37,486 nucleotides of DNA from an uncultured bacterium (GTDB lineage Bacteria > Cloacimonadota > Cloacimonadia > Cloacimonadales > TCS61), in NCBI GenBank assembly GCA_963981005.1, contig CAXCCM010000003.1:1-37486 (forward strand). The letters are read 5' to 3'. A program made the position numbers and the translations under genes. The notes under the pieces are model-generated. The model was given only the letters and a program-made list of their open reading frames with translations, did no database searches and was not told the origin of the DNA. Below are positions 36,328 through 37,486 of the stretch, piece after piece; position 1 is the stretch's first letter, and each line of letters opens with the position of its first letter.

Positions 36328-36788
36328 GACGATACGAAAACTAAAGAAAACTTAGCGAATATAATGAAGGAATCGGGAGAAGCAAGACAGAGATTTTTTG
36401 AGACTGGAGAAGTAACTTACATGACTCAAATGTCTAAGCCTGATGAAAATTCCAACCAGTTACGAAAAGAAGCTTATGATTAATATTGAACTCCTCGCGG
36501 ACAATGTGAAAATTGGGGAGAAACAAAATGGTTGTCTTCAACCGAGATACTCGCAGAAGCTTTGATATTAAGCATCAAATCAATTTGCTTGCCCCAACTC
36601 CGTATCTGGCAATTGCAGGTTCAAAAGCCCTTACGCTTGGTTTGAGTAAAACTGCTTTTGAACGAGCAAATGAACCAAAAGAACTTTACATAATAGAAGA
36701 TGCTACTCATATGGCTTTATATGATATTGATGAATTTGTGGATCAAGCAGTAGAAAAATTGAGTCTATTTTACAAAAATATAAAGTAG
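36328..36788 (+). pseudogene. alpha/beta hydrolase (YcjY-like) pseudogene, 5'-truncated
   Basis: ...EARQRFFETGEVTY...EAYD*Y*TPRGQ (TAA 36481, TGA 36487), then a frameshift into LAPTPYLAIAGSKA...EPKELYIIEDATHMALYD. Confidence 0.8.
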
Positions 36789-36802
36789 TAAAGGATAATG
36801 AA

Positions 36803-37435
36803 ATGGTAATAAATATTGATATAACTTCTGATGTGATGTGCCCTTGGTGCATTATCGGTTTTAAAAGATTGCAGAAGGCTATGAAAAAATTCAAGGATGC
36901 TGTAGAATTTAAGATACACTGGCAACCCTTTGAATTGAACCCGAGAATGCAGGATGAAGGTGAAAACTTGTATGACTGGATGAGCCAAAAGAAGGGAATG
37001 ACTTTGGATGAGATAATCTCAAGCCGGAAACTGCTGGCAGATATTGGTAAAGAGAACAGATTCATATTCAATTATTCTGAGAAATCCCGAATATATAATA
37101 CAAATGCAGCGCATCGTCTTTTGCATTGGGCTGGTAAATTCGGAGAAAAACAAACTGATTTAAAATTGGCATTATTTAAAGCACACTTTACAGATAATCT
37201 TGATGTTAGCAATCATGATGTACTTCTGAAAATCATTAAGAATATCGGCTTGAATGTAGACAATGCTAAATCAGTTTTAAATGATGAAAATAGCATTAAA
37301 GAAATAAGAAAGATCGAAAGAGAAATAAAGAGAGAGGGTATTACATCTGTTCCATCCTATCTATTTAGCAAGAGCATCAAAGTTGATGGATCTGATGGAG
37401 ATTTTGAGGAAGTGATCAAGAATATTATTTCTTAA
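36803..37435 (+). CDS. DsbA family oxidoreductase (FrnE-like)
   Basis: SDVMCPWCIIG, WQPFELNP, NTNAAHRL and GITSVP. Confidence 0.92.
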   Translation: MVINIDITSDVMCPWCIIGFKRLQKAMKKFKDAVEFKIHWQPFELNPRMQDEGENLYDWMSQKKGMTLDEIISSRKLLADIGKENRFIFNYSEKSRIYNTNAAHRLLHWAGKFGEKQTDLKLALFKAHFTDNLDVSNHDVLLKIIKNIGLNVDNAKSVLNDENSIKEIRKIEREIKREGITSVPSYLFSKSIKVDGSDGDFEEVIKNIIS

Positions 37436-37486
37436 CATGCTTCAATTATGAATCTGTAACTGCCTGAAATTCTTTATCAGTAAAAA

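Noticed and set aside
36481-36489. In-frame TGA as selenocysteine or a recoded stop
   Set aside because: It is accompanied by an in-frame TAA and a frameshift, and TGA terminates intact genes such as nqrF and cheD, so this is ordinary pseudogenisation.
244-37071. Numerous short antisense or overlapping ORFs in the six-frame track (e.g. 244-660, 13053-13361, 17830-18207, 36703-37071)
   Set aside because: They lie opposite or inside well-supported genes and lack recognisable motifs, so they are shadow ORFs.

Overview
AT-rich, gene-dense bacterial window with no rRNA, tRNA, CRISPR array or intact transposase that I can recognise. Gene style suggests an anaerobic diderm, possibly Cloacimonadota-like, but this is an unverified impression. 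Most of the window is a respiration and redox-defence region. (1) 1-3.8 kb, + strand: the 5'-truncated end of a His-rich polytopic membrane protein with two GHxH helices (heme-copper-oxidase-like), an FGE/NirV-fold lipoprotein lacking the catalytic cysteines, heme O synthase and two unknown membrane proteins. (2) Convergent - strand operon TetR-sqr-tusE/dsrC-like-dsrE-like-outer-membrane barrel. Blocks 1 and 2 share a ~45-nt hairpin-plus-RBS element in inverted orientation. (3) nrfHA-ccsBA for nitrite ammonification. (4) nqrABCDE, an unannotated 43-aa Cys-rich membrane ORF, nqrF, menA-like prenyltransferase and a polyprenyl synthase. (5) A ~9 kb oxidative-stress cluster headed by PerR/Fur: mutM, AOX/PTOX-like diiron protein, flavodiiron protein, ECF-S plus PRTase, ferritin, desulfoferrodoxin, rubrerythrin, reverse rubrerythrin, unannotated rubredoxin, two ferritin-like proteins, DHODH-like protein, fhs fragment and flavin reductase. 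(6) Orphan cheD, a decayed histidine kinase and a response regulator, then thioredoxin, ChaN, a metallophosphoesterase lipoprotein, AKR-FeS, iron-sulfur flavoprotein, an alpha/beta-hydrolase pseudogene and FrnE. The best candidate for an undescribed system is the 1-7.6 kb block: a divergent HCO-like/heme O module physically and cis-regulatorily linked to an SQR sulfur-relay module.
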